A DNA stretch of 64,000 nt from Eledone cirrhosa (Eukaryota). Location: contig OZ024743.1 in NCBI GenBank assembly GCA_964016885.1, positions 167,400,001-167,464,000 of the forward strand. Reading direction: 5' to 3'. Each line of letters begins with the position of its first letter. The first letter of the stretch is position 1. Made by a program: the position numbers and the translations under genes. Below, in pieces: positions 11,271 through 24,409 of the stretch. The notes under the pieces were generated by a model. It saw nothing but the letters and a program-made list of their open reading frames with translations, had not been told where the DNA came from and made no database searches.

Positions 11271-14200
11271 CCAGCTAGCAATGGTGGCTCTCTTTGTGGT
11301 CAAAAGAGTTTACTGGTGTTGCAGAAAGTTCTTGACAAAGCTGTGTTAAGTTCACTTGGTATGCATTCATTAAATGCCCTGTCTGATATTCTATGTACCC
11401 AAGGTACACCTATTAGATTTCCATCTTTAATTTCACAATTCAGGTATGTTCTCACTTTTCCTTTAGTTTTCTTGAGAGTAAATTGTTAACATGTATCAAT
11501 TTATTGACAGTGGTTTAGCAGAAACTACTATGTACTTGACTGATATAAGTTTTGTCTCTGCCTTTTAAATTCAAATCCTGCATCAAGATCACCATTATCA
11601 TCATCACCATTATCATCTTACATCTATTTTTTCAACTAGCAACAAAAAATAACCAAACAATTTGGTCTATGTCATTATTTTTGGCATAGTTTTATGGCTG
11701 GAAACTTTTCCAATTATTACCAATCAATTTACAGCATGGACCAGTCAATTAATTACCCATCATTATACAGCATGGACTGGGTATATTTTGCTAGAGAAGC
11801 TATCTGTAGTGAGACTGTCCCTTGCTTCACCCTCTCAATTTATAAACAACACACATTACAGGATGTTAAGTGTTAAAGATCATCATCGTCATTATCATCA
11901 CCATCCCCATTATTTTATGTTCACTTTTCTGTTTGCATAAGATGGAAACATCCTTTCCAGTACAACCTCCCTCCACTTGTGACGTTCTTCTGTGAGGTTC
12001 ATTGTTTTGAGATCAGCTCTAACCACTTCTGCCCAGATTATTTTTTATTTTGTAATTCCTCCTTCATTTATCTTTTCGAGGTCTCCAGACCCAGAACTAG
12101 ACCCAGAAGAAATACAACCTCTAGCACAACGCCTTTCTCAACATAAAAACAAACAGAAGACTTTGGTAAGATTTTTATTTAAATTTTTCGATATTAAGCT
12201 GGTATTTTGAACATATCTTAACAAAGGTTCTTACATAAAAATGATAGAGGCCATCTCTGTGATACTTTGATTGTTCTACTGTAGATACCCCCACTCCCCA
12301 GCAAGCAAGATGTAGCTGAGGCTTGTTTTCTCTTTTTACTTTCATCATTGCCTCCTATTGTTGGGAAAACCCCTGAACAGCCCCGTGTAACTAAAAGTGG
12401 ACTAGACGAAATGTGTATAAATAATAACTGAAGTGAACTGTGAGTAGACTGTGTATCTGGAGTCTCATTGTAGTGATCTCATTGGTTGTTCTAAATTATG
12501 CCTGGTGAATACTTTGGTTTTACCTTCATTTGTACATATATACTAATACGTGTAACACCCCATTATAACAGTGGCGATGAGTTATTCAAAGCTTAGGTTT
12601 GACTGATATTTTTTTGTAAAAACAAAAAAAGGAAAAACCTTAATATGAAAGATTTACTAGCCCAAGTGGTACAGTTGCAACAACAACACCAGATAATAGA
12701 ATTAATACTGAAGAAAACGGAAAATACGTCAAGTTTGTTCACCCTGGACGCTGTGGCGAACTCAATAGAAGAATTCGCATATAACCCAGATGAGGGCATT
12801 ACCTTCTCCGCTTACTTTAGAAGACAGGAAAGTTTCCGAGAAGAATGCAGCGGCTAGGAAGGCGAAAAAAAAGCACGACTTTTGTTGAGACAGTTGGCAC
12901 CAGTCGAACATGAAAAATACTGCAACTATATACAACCGAAGAAACCAGGTGGGATCTGTTTTGAGGAAACAGTAAATATCTTGTCAAAAAGTTCTTTATT
13001 TAACACCCGTTGGCAGTGTATGAATCTGGTGGAAAAAGATAATGAAGATTTTGTCATGTATGCTGGGATCGTTAACAAGGAATGTGAAAGATTTAAACTT
13101 AATGAACTAACCCCAGACATGTTTAAATGCTTAATTTTCAGGCAAGGGTTAACTGAAAAGAAAGATGCGGAAATTCATACCAGAATTCTGACAAAATTAG
13201 AGCAGAATTAGAACTTAACATTACAGGAAATATCTGAGGAATATCAGAGAATTATAAATATGAAACACAATACGGAAAGAATCAAAGAGATAGACTGCTC
13301 TCATATACAGCTGGTGCAACCAAAAACCAAAAACAAAAAATTAATTCATGTTTTGAATGTAGAGGATTATCAGATACAATTGTCCTTTCAAAAACTTAAA
13401 GTGCTTCGAGTGTGGGAGAATAGGACATAAAATCACACAGCAAAACAAAACCAAGAAAAATGTTCAACTGGAAAAATAATGAAAACACGTTAACGACGAA
13501 AAAATTAACGAGACTCAAAGGAAATTTGTGTATGTAAAAATTAACAATGTGGATGTTAAATTGCACTTAGATACAGGTAGAGACATTACTGTAATAAATG
13601 AAAACACATGAAAAGCAACTGGGAAACTTACATTAAATAAAACCGATTGCACGTGGCATTTCGGGGAAGAAATAATTTTTTAAAGGCGAAATAGTAAGTA
13701 ACGTTACATTTCGTGGCAAGACCATAAAAGCTAAAGGTTTTAAAGTATTAAGAAATACAACAAATCTTTTCAGTACTGACTGGATGGAGCTGTTTAACTT
13801 ATGGGATTTACCCATAAATATGTTTTGTAAGAATGTAATTGGGTCATCTGCCAGTTCAAACAAAGAGTCAGAAAATTAAAAAAAAGAATTGAAAAGGTGG
13901 TTTTCCGCTGTTTTTTTTGGGTGGGGATAAGTTAGGTCATTGTACTAAAACTAAAGCTAAATTTCAAGTAAAAGAAAATGTGATACCTGTATTTAAACCC
14001 AAACATAATGTACCGTTTGCAGCAAGTTAAATCAAATTAGATCAAAGAATTAGAAAAAAATTGACCACGCAGAGTGGGCGGCTCCAACAGTATATGTAAG
14101 GAAAAAAAAATCCGTATGTGCTTTTTAACAGGACTAAAAACACAATTACCCATTGCTAAGTCCAGAGGAAAATTTGCGAAATCTAACAGTGGAAAACTTT

Positions 14201-16865
14201 TCTCAAAATTAGACCTTTCTGAAGTTTACCTACAAATACAAGTTGAAAACGAATGTACAGAGTTGTTGACAATAAATACACATAAAAGTTTGTACAAATT
14301 TAACCGACTTCCCTTTGGCATAAAAGTTGCTCCGGCTACATTCCAACAAGTTATAGATACGATACTGGCAGATTATGATTTCGTGATTGCCTACTTAGAC
14401 GATGTATTAATAAAAAGTGAATCCCATGATCAGCATGTCAAGCATACCTATTGTGTTTTGGAAAGATAAGAGAGTATAGGTTCAAACTCAGCGATGAGAA
14501 ATGTGAATTATTCTTGCCTAGAATAAAGTACCTAGGGCAAATCATCGATAAAAATGGTCTATCGAGGGCTAGTGCAATTAAAAATATGGCTCCACTGAAA
14601 AACGTTACTATGTTACAAGCATTTCTGGGTTTGCAAATTATTATCAAATATATATTCCGAATATGAAAGATGTAAGCGTTCCACTAAATAATTTGCTAAA
14701 ACAAAAAGGTGTAAAGTGGAATTGGACTGATAAGTGCTAGAAGGCATTTAAAGAAATTAAAAAAACATAACATTGGACTTATCATTAGCGCATTATGACT
14801 CAAAAATAGATATCATACTGGCTTCAGATGCTAGTGAGTACAGGATTGGAGCCGTGATTCTGCACAAAATACGATGATGGTAGCACAAAAGCCGTAGCTC
14901 ATGCCTCACATTCTTTACTACCAGCAGAAAAGAATTACAGCCAAATCGAAAAAGAGGAGTTATCAATAATTTTTGGCATGAAAAAATTTCATAAGTTCAT
15001 TCACGGAAGGAATTTTTGTTTACAGACCGATCACAATTCACGGATCAAAGAAGGAAATTCCCATCCATACAGCAAATAGATTACAACATTAGGGCACCAT
15101 TTTATTAAATTATGATTTTAAGATGGAATATTTACCATCTAAAAAATTAGGACACACTGATGGCCTCTTAAGATTGATAGTGAACTGTTTGAAGACATAG
15201 TGATGCAGTATTAAGAGCTGAAAAGGAAATAAAAATTATATTGTGTAACATAGTACGGGAATTACTTGTTACCTGAGAAGAAATTAAATTAAAAGGAGAT
15301 GTTTTTTATTATGAAAATGAAAAAATTACTGAGAGCAGAAAAAATACATAGAAAAATGTGGTTTGCACAACACAACCCAGATTCGAACTCGTACTCAATT
15401 TGGACAATGTACTGATGTATGCACAAAGAGTAGTAATTCCCATCACACTACAAATGCGAATATTAAAAGAAATTCATATTGGTCACCCTGGAATTTCAAG
15501 AATAAAATCTTGTATGAGAAGTTATGTATACTGGCCCAAAATGGACCAAGAGATTGAAAAGTTGGTAAAATTCTGCAGAGGTTGTGCTCTGGCAGCAAAA
15601 TCCCCCACCACAAAATTTGATCCTTGGCCAAGGATGGATATTCCATGGTCCAGACTACATATAGATTTCGCAGGTCCACTAAATGGATCACATTATCTTG
15701 TAGTGGTAGATAGCTTTACTAAGTGACCTGAAATCTGTAAGTGTAAAAAACCAACCTCCTCGGTTACAGTAGTTTTTACACAAATTGTTTGCAAGATGTG
15801 GAATTCCTGATACCATAGTTTCTGATAATGGGACACAATTCACTGCGTATGAATTTAAAAGATTTTGTAAAATGTTCTCTTCCATATCATCCAAGATCAA
15901 ATTGACTAGCGGAATTGTTTGTGGATACATTCAAGAGGGCCTTAAAGAAAGCAAACAATGAAATAGATGATTTAGCACATCAACAATTCTTAAGAGTATA
16001 CCATGTAACGCCTAATCCTAATACTCCTGCAGGTATGGCACGTTGATGCTTGCAAGGAAAATTAAATCATTGTTTGACAAATTGTTACCGGGTCGTAAAA
16101 GAAAAAGATCAGATAACAAAAATAATACAAAATTTTTCAAAATCGGCCAAAGTGTTTTTTAGAATGTATAAAAATGGTAAAGAAATGTGAGAAGACGGCG
16201 TGATAAGTAAACAAAATGGAAAAATTTTGTGTATGGTTGAAGGTCACAAATGGGAACATAAGAGACATATAAATCAGTTTAGAAAATGGTTTGCTGAAGA
16301 AAGGGTCACGAGAAATGAAGAACCCGTGGAAGTGTTATATAATATTTTCGATGTGCCAACCCACAAAGAAATTGTTGAACCTACACGTACAAGGAAAAGG
16401 AAACATACAGAATTGTTAGAAGTGGATCCAAAATGTAAAACATATTAAGCTCCGGACAGAGTTTAGTTCTCAAAAAGGGAGAGGTGGGTGAAAACAGAAA
16501 ATATATATATATCATCATCATCATCTTCGTTTAACGTCCGTTTTCCACGCTAGCATGGGTTAGACGGGAGTTGTCCCACTTGAGGCAAGGCTGGTCGGGT
16601 GACCGTGTCTCGTTCATATAGGACTATCTGGCAGGTTTTCTACGGCTGGATGCCCTTCCTAACACCAACCACATTTACAGTGGAACTGGGAACTTTTTAC
16701 CGTGTTACCGACACGGCCACATTACAGCGTGGACTGTGTGTATTTTTTGTCGTGACACCTACACGAACTCGATCTCATGCTGTTGGTGGGAATGGGAGGA
16801 TAGGGTAGGGGTAGTGGATTGGGGTGTATATTTGGAGGTGCCTACTGACTGTATGTAGGTTTTGC

Positions 16866-16924
<59 letters not shown>

Positions 16925-19900
16925 ACACTCCCGAGGAAGAGGAATCTCACAAGGGGAGATGTGATGTTGTAGAGAAAAACCCTGAATACCCCCGCGTAAC
17001 TGAAAGTGGACTAGGCGAAATGTCTATAAATAATAACTGAAGTGAACTGTCAGTAGCCTGTGTATTCGGAGTCTCATTGTAGTGATCTCGTTGGTAATTC
17101 AAAATTACATCTAGTGAATACTTTGGTTTTACCTTCATTCATACAGATATACTAACAGGTGTAACACCCCATTATAACACCTCCTCAGCTGGGCCAAAGA
17201 CACTACGAGCATCCAAATGTTGTAATGTGATAGCATTGGTGACATTAAAACATACCATCCACCCTGTAAGATGGTAGTGCTAGAACCATTACAAAAAGCA
17301 CCCTGTCCACCCTGTAAGGTGGTTATGGTGCTGCCATGACAAAAACACCCAGTCCACCCAGTGTTATGAAAAAAGCTGCCAGTACACACTGTAAGGTGAT
17401 TGACGTTAGGAAGGGCATCCAGCCATAGAAAACCAAGCCAAAAATAGAGTGTAGGAACAAGACGTGATCACCCGATATCTGACAGCCTATCTAACCCATG
17501 GAAAATATACATTAAATGGTGATGATGGTGATAAACACTTAAAAATAAACAGCTTTGTATCACTGAACCAGTTTGGTATCTAGAGAGTTAAATGATAAAA
17601 GAATTTAAAAAAAGTCTCTTCAAAAATATTACATGGTTCTCAACACTGTGATCAAATATGAGGATACTGGAGGCACATGGCCTCATGTTAAGGGTATTGG
17701 ATCATGATGTTGTGTGTTTGGTGCCTGGACTGGGTTGTGTGTTGTGTCCTTGAGCAAAACACTTAATTTCACATTGCTCCAGTATACTCAGCTGAAAATT
17801 CCAGTCTTGTACTCTCAGTTGCTTAACATCATGGAATCCAGGATAGGCACTGGCCGGATGAGCTTCCGGGCTTGAAACAGACTTAGGATATGAGAAGAGC
17901 TGATACAAAAGAACGTGTCAATGGGATGTCTGTTGATATGATATAATATAACAATGATAGATTTTAGGATATTGGCTAATAGAAGAGCTGATACAAGACA
18001 TCATAACTTGACATCCCATTAATATGTTCTCCTGTATTAGTTCTTCTAATACCCTATTTTTATCATTGTTATAATTTATCATATCAACTTGACATCTTCA
18101 TTGATATGATATGATATAACAATGCTAAATATTAGGATATTGGGTTTTAGACGAATTGATACAATGTGATGTAAAGATATATATGATATAATAATGATAA
18201 ATTACAATTCAATCTATTTCTGTATCTGCTTCTTTACAGGTGTTGCCCAACAAGTCTCACTTTGACTGGGCATCTAAAAGTCCTGCTAACAGGATTCCTA
18301 TTGTTGATGTACAACTTATCTTACCAAGGTAATATTCCAACATTGTTATTATTTTTAATATTTAATGTCCAATCTACTTTGCTGTAGCCTACTACTAAAA
18401 CACACTATTTTCTACACTTTACATAATGCTTCAAACAAACTACAACATCCTCTTAGTTAATGTTGTTTCTGACAGTTTTTTTCTTTCATACATTTTCAGC
18501 ATATGGCATAGGTTGGATGATTTTTCAAATTCAGACTTCAACAATATTACATGGAGATACTCTTTTTTTAAAACTCATAAGCACAACAAAAAGTACCGAG
18601 TTTACTCTGTAAGGCAATAGGTAGTGCCAAAGTCATGATGAAATGCTTCTGTACACACTGTAAACTGGTTGACATTAGGAATGGCATCCGATTGTAGAAA
18701 CCAAGCCAAAAATGGAACATACAAACAAGACTTGATTAGTCTAGTCATAGTATCTAACAGTCAAATCTATCCCAGGCATGCATGGAAAATAGATGTGAAA
18801 CGGTGAAGATGGTAATAAACTCCTATCCATGTGTTGACTTTTGCCATTGACACTCATTTTCCAGAGTAGATAGAATTGTAGAGTCAGTTCATAAGATTGC
18901 TTGTGACATCTCCTTTACAGAAGAGTCCACTTCATGATGCAGTTGCAAAGTTAGTTCATAAGACTGCTTGTAAATCTCCATTACAGAGGGGTCCACTTCA
19001 TGAAAAAGTTTCTAATTCCTACACAATGTTCCAATTAGGCAGGAGTGTCACCTTTCCATACTGTGTTCTATCAACAGCATTGTATTTTGTCCTTGGAAGA
19101 GTTTTAATTCTTATTTATATGGCACATTTGACTAGAAATATAATCTATGATAAGATACATGAATTTTGGATAAGTTTGTATGTTGCGGGGGAAGAGGAAT
19201 TTCATGTTTGGGGACAGTGTTTGTAGTAGTGGTGTTGGGGGTGATGATTATGATGGTGGTTATGATTATCTGGGAGGAAAACAGATTTACAACTGAAGAA
19301 TTTAGAGAGCATTGAGAATATGTAGCGTATCAAGGAAGAGAGAAATGGAACCATAAAAAGTCTGTGTAAAAAATGGGGGGAAAAGAAACAAGGAAATTAG
19401 TGAATTTATTTTTGACATGACAAAAAGCTACCAGTCCACCTTGTAAAGTAATCGTGCCAGTGACACGGCAAAAAGCACCCAGTAAAGTGGTCATGCTGGT
19501 GACACAACAAAAAGTACTTGGTCGACCCTTAAAGGTGGTCGAGCTGGTGACATGATGAAAAACACCCAGTCCACCCTGTAAAGTAGTTGTGATGGCAATA
19601 CAACAAAAAACACTCAATCCACCCTGTCAGTTTGTCATTTTGGTGAAACTATGATAAAGTATCCAGTCGGTTGGTCATTTTGATGCCATGATAAAAAACA
19701 CCTAGTCCACCCCATCAGTTGGTTGTTTTGGTATCACGTTTACTTTAAGGCCTTTTGTTTCCAAGCTATGCCTCCATGTCTGAAATTTCATTTCTTCTCT
19801 AAATCTGTCTTAGATTTAGCTATGAAGGTCAGATCATCAGCATTCCTCACTATACTCATTGTTAATTGCAACTCTGCTGGTAGTTCCACTGTACATGACG

Positions 19901-21878
19901 GTATCATCTAGTTCTACACTGTAAATGTGATTGGTGTTAGGAAGGGCATCCAACAACTGTAAAAGCCTAGCCAAAACATGGTCCCATATGAGCAAGGTAT
20001 CCGCAGCCAACTGGCCAGACTTGCCTCACAATGTAAATGTGTTTGATGTTAGGAAAGATATCCAGCAACCATAAAAAGAAAACAGCCAAAACACAGGTCC
20101 CGCTATGAGCAAGGTTTGACCTTCCTCATAACAGGTCCATCCAGCTCCCCAATACGGATACGCTTATGTGCCAGGTTCCTCTGTAAAGGTGGTTGGTGTT
20201 AGGAATGGTATCCAACTTTAAAAAAAACAAGCCAAAATACAGTTCCATTTGAGCAAGGTACAGCATGGTCAAATAGCAAGACCCTCCTCTTAATGGAACC
20301 ATCCAGTTCCACACTGTAAATGTGCTTGGTGTTAGAAATGGTATCCTGCTGTAAAAAAAAAACTGGCCAAAATATAGTTCTATTTGAGCATGGCCAACTG
20401 GCCAGACTTGCCTCCTAATGTGGACGACCTGTCTAATCCAAGCAAGCATAAAAAATAAAACATTAAATGGCAATGATGATGATGATGTAGTGGAACTACG
20501 TCATACCTCGCAACAGCAACATTTCATATGCAATTTGGTTAAACAGACCACTGGTAAGTCGCGTATGAAAACATTGTCGCCTCCTCGTGAAAACCACTGC
20601 ACACGATTAGTAGAGGAAAGTAGACCAGGAAGATGAAAAGACCTACTACAGGATAACTCCTGTTAGGAGCAATAGAACAGTTATCAACAAACCATATTCT
20701 ACATTTCGTCAATTGTTCTTCTACGGCCTATCTGCTATACGAGATATTCTATTGTGTGTACACAATTTCAGCTTTCGACAATAAATTTATATTTATAGAT
20801 AATCGAGTGTTAAAGGGACATTTATTTATATCATGAATGCCTGTCACAGCAAGGTCCTTGGATGTTTCAACTTGTAGTTATTAAAAGGTATAAGTAATTA
20901 GTTATTAAAAGGTATAGGTATAAGTAATTATTTGACTCCTCATTTCCCTATAATGATAACATGTAGGGAAAGTTGATTACATTTAGAATGTTAACTTGAT
21001 TAAATTTGGTGGGAGGGGAGGTAAAGTTGATTAATTTTGGTGAGTGGGGTGAAGTTGATTAATTTTGAAAGTGAAAAGGTAAAATTGATTAGATTAATCC
21101 CAATACTTTATTTTATTGACCCTGGAAAGATGAAATGCAAAGTTGACCTTTTGGATTTTGAACTCAGAATGTAGAACTATCATAGAACAAACACTGCAAT
21201 GGCATTTTATCCAACTCTCTACCAATTCTACCAACCCGTTACCCTTTATTTAAAAATAATATCAATAACGGTAAAGAACATATTTTATTGTTTTTCTTTT
21301 TTTTTTGTATTTCTGACTGACTAATAAGTTTCAGAAAGCCAGTACAATGTGGTAGAAATATATAAAGGACAAAGGATGCCAAATAAAACAGAACAAAGTA
21401 ATGTTTTACCCTGTATGTTTCAACATGATATTCGTGAAATAAAAACGAACATATGTTCTTCTCTAACTGGTCTAAGAGAGTAATAGCCCTGAAATATCAT
21501 GTTTGTTTTATTTGCCCTTTATTTATTTCTACTACATTGTCCCAAGTTTCTGAAACTTAGTCATTTATTACATATCTTACTGTATTTCTGATGGTTTTTT
21601 TTCTTCTTGTTTTCAGTAAGACATTGATGTACCCTGCTAGTGGGAAAAAAGTTCCATTAGACAGTAGCAAAGATAAAGAGAATGATCCAAGTAAATTGGA
21701 AAAGGACGTAAGAGCTGCTCCAGATACAGTATCACCAGTCTCTCAACCATCAAAAAAAAGCAAAGCAACTAAACGTAAAAAAGAGACACATACTACAAAA
21801 GCGAAACAGAAATGTTGTCGGAAGCTTCTACCACAGATTAAAGGACAAACACCTTTAACTGCGTTTTTCAAGAGCTGA
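11271..21878 (+). CDS. PARPBP: PCNA-interacting partner PARI/PARPBP, 3' part. Coding exons 11271-11443, 12081-12165, 18240-18328, 21617-21878; earlier exons not found and probably upstream of the window
   Basis: All four exons have AG acceptors and the first three have GT donors; phases join 2/0/2 without stops. Spliced product ...GTPIRFPSLISQFR|SPDPELDPEEIQPLAQRL...KTL|VLPNKSHFDWAS...|SKTLMY...KLLPQIKGQTPLTAFFKS*. This resembles vertebrate PARI as recalled (LFRSP..IKPLRER, RSQF, terminal GQAKLTQFFRL PIP box QxxLxxFF). Confidence 0.85.
12356..17179 (+). mobile_element. Full-length decayed Gypsy (Mag-like) LTR retrotransposon in a PARPBP intron
   Basis: 215-bp LTRs at 12356-12570 and 16965-17179, ending ATAACA. 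5-bp TSD CCTCC on both sides (12351-12355, 17180-17184). PBS TGGCGATGAG (tRNA-Ser-like) and a purine tract before the 3' LTR. Broken gag, protease (LDTG), RT (FSKLDL, LPFGI, AYLDD), RNase H (ASDAS) and integrase (HPG, YWP, PWSRLHIDFAGP, SDNG). Confidence 0.93.
16512..16866 (-). mobile_element. RTE 3' UTR fragment nested in the Gypsy element between pol and the 3' LTR
   Basis: Same UTR as the other RTE copies, with (CAT)n and flanking (TA)n. Confidence 0.8.
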
Positions 21879-23235
21879 AATATGATACTCATTTCTTATC
21901 TATCTATAGTGGTGATTAACTATTGACAAAACAACATATTATGGTTTTTATCTATTTATAATTTTTATTCATTTTTTCCTTTTCATTTATTGTTTCTATT
22001 TAGTAAAGACATAAAACAATAGTTATGTTTCAATATTTCTTTACATTATGAATCAGTTTTCTGATGCTGCCATGGATGAAAATATATATATATTTTTTCT
22101 CTACTGGGCTTGAAAACAAGTTTTAAGGTCATCTTTCCCTGCAAAAGCTAGTGGTTAGCCTTGCTGGCCCCAACCATTTAAAGGCCATCTTCCCTGCTAA
22201 AGCAGAGGTTAACCGTACCAGCCACATGACAAGCTTCTCCATTTTCCCCATGGCTTTGGGTTCCTCTTTCAATATTAGCCATGTCTTTCTTCTACTTCCT
22301 TTCACATTTATTTCCATCATTCCTCTCACCCAGTCACTTTCATCCTTCCTCAACCATCTCATTCCAGTTCTCTTCGCAATATTTATCATTGGCTCTATTC
22401 TTCTTTCTCCAACATGACTCAACCATCTCATTCAATTTCTCTTCACAACATTCAGCACTGGCTCTATTCCTCTCATCCAGTTACTTTCATCTTTCCTCAA
22501 AACATGACTCAATCCTTTCATTTCATTTCTCTTCACAACATTTATCACTGGTGATATTCCCATCATCTACAGTTCATTGTTTGTCTTCATCTCTTTCTCT
22601 ATTGACTTAGAAAAATACCTTTAAAATTAGCCCCTTGTATCTGTAATGATTATTGCAATTGAAATGATATTGGGTAATTATTGTTTCATCTGTCACAGGA
22701 TTATGAACCATCCAAATTACAAAATATAATTAACAGCACATTTTAGGTGTACATAGAAACTAGGAAGTCCAAATTGAGTATTTTTTTTTATCAATGAGTA
22801 CAAAACAAAATTATTTCTTTGCAGTTCACAAAATTCTACTTTTTCAGCAAATTATACAAATGGAAAATACACAGTTTAGTTTTGTCCAGCATATCATGTA
22901 TCACCCAAGCTATAAGAAAAAGCAAAATCAATCACATGAAAAAAGAATTGCAATGGAACCATTCTTCAATGCTTTTTCTTCAGCTCCTTTTGATCCCGGA
23001 GAATAAAACAATGTTGGATGAATGATGACAATAAGAATTAACATTATTTTATGTCAGTTTCTAATAGCTGCAAGAAGGAGGTGAATTGGCAAAGTCATTA
23101 GAACATTGAAGCAACAGTCTGTTTCATACTGTGAGACATAAGGGAAGTAGGCTTTCCATTGTCTTAAATATAGAATGAATCATATTTAACTGGGTGATGT
23201 CTAAAAACATCTGACTGATAAAATGACAAGTCAGT

Positions 23236-24330
23236 CAATCATATTGGTGGCCTCCCCACAGCTCCGGCGGACAGAATGGAGAAGGCGTTTCCCTGGTGGA
23301 CGGCGAGGGAGACGCACGGGAAAAGCCATTCCAGCTCACGAGGCTCACACCTGCGGCTGGCCAGCTCAGTGCCTATGGTGGTGAGTAGGGAGGTAGCCCT
23401 AGGGCCGAGCACACCAGAAGGCTCCACTGTCAAGGATACAAATGCAAACCTGTCGGACAGCGACTGGTATTTGAAGAGTTTGGCCCCCTCAGCCCGACGT
23501 GCAGCAGAACCTGGGTTAGTCGCAGACTGCGCCAGGTTGCTGCTGCAGGAAAGTGTCGGTGCAAGTGGCATCAAAGATGAGTGATTTGCCACCGCGGAAC
23601 GGGAAGATGGTCATGCCATTTGGCCTTTTGCTGTCCCCTCGGTCCAGCCCCACCGGCTTGAGCTGGGAAGGGATGCCTGCAGCTTCCAAGCCATGCTTTA
23701 TGACCTCACTGAGGGCAGCATGGCATGGAAGGCGGCCGGTACTGTGGCGACAGGAAAGCGGGTGGAGGCCGAAAGAGTCCATGGTGGATCCACAGCGACA
23801 TTGATCCGGAGACCAAGCCTCAAGGAAACGCAGTGGAGGAGGGGGGCAAGGTATGGAGCCAGGCACCACTGTGGGGTTTGGAGGCCGCACGAAAACAGGC
23901 AAGGCGATGCTGGTCGAGCTGGCGCATGAGCCTGTCTGAAGCCACGCTGCACTGGATGGCATCCCAAATGCTTTGGGGGGACTTGACGTCAGCTGGGGGA
24001 GAAGGAGGAGGGACGTCTACTGGGCTAAGTCCCAGGCGGTCCCACGTCTCCCAAGCAGCCTCACGTTTCCTGATCACAGAGGATTCCATTGTTTTGGAGA
24101 ACCCTGCTGACGAGGACGCGGCTTGAGGATACCGACGAAAGAAACACCGGCAAAGCGAGTGAGATCGGGGACCGGAGGCCAAGGGCACCATACCTGACAG
24201 GTAAAGTGGCCTGTTGTCATCCAATGTCGTTGCATATCTCCTCAGCTGCTATTCAGATACAAGTATCAATGTCAGCAAGGAGAGATGCGTGGGTGTAGCA
24301 CGGAGCACTGTGAAGGGTATAGAGGAGTTC
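23236..24330 (-). mobile_element. CRE-like non-LTR retrotransposon 3' fragment (CCHC finger plus restriction-like endonuclease), frameshifted
   Basis: PHSGAWL, CRCGSTMDSFGLHPLSC...HAAL, KRPNGMTIFPFRGGKSLIFDATCTDT, KYQSL, VEPSGVLG, SLAVHQGNA. Markedly GC-rich compared with its flanks. Confidence 0.8.
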
Positions 24331-24409
24331 ATATATATCTGCAAAAAAAGATATATATAAATTGAATGGGGAATCAAATATAAAATGTAGTGTGCAACAG
24401 AGATGACTA

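Noticed and set aside
22129-22610. ORFs downstream of the PARPBP stop as extra exons
   Set aside because: Minus-strand MRWLSHV.R...WVR motifs mark a decayed LINE 3' end with short internal repeats.
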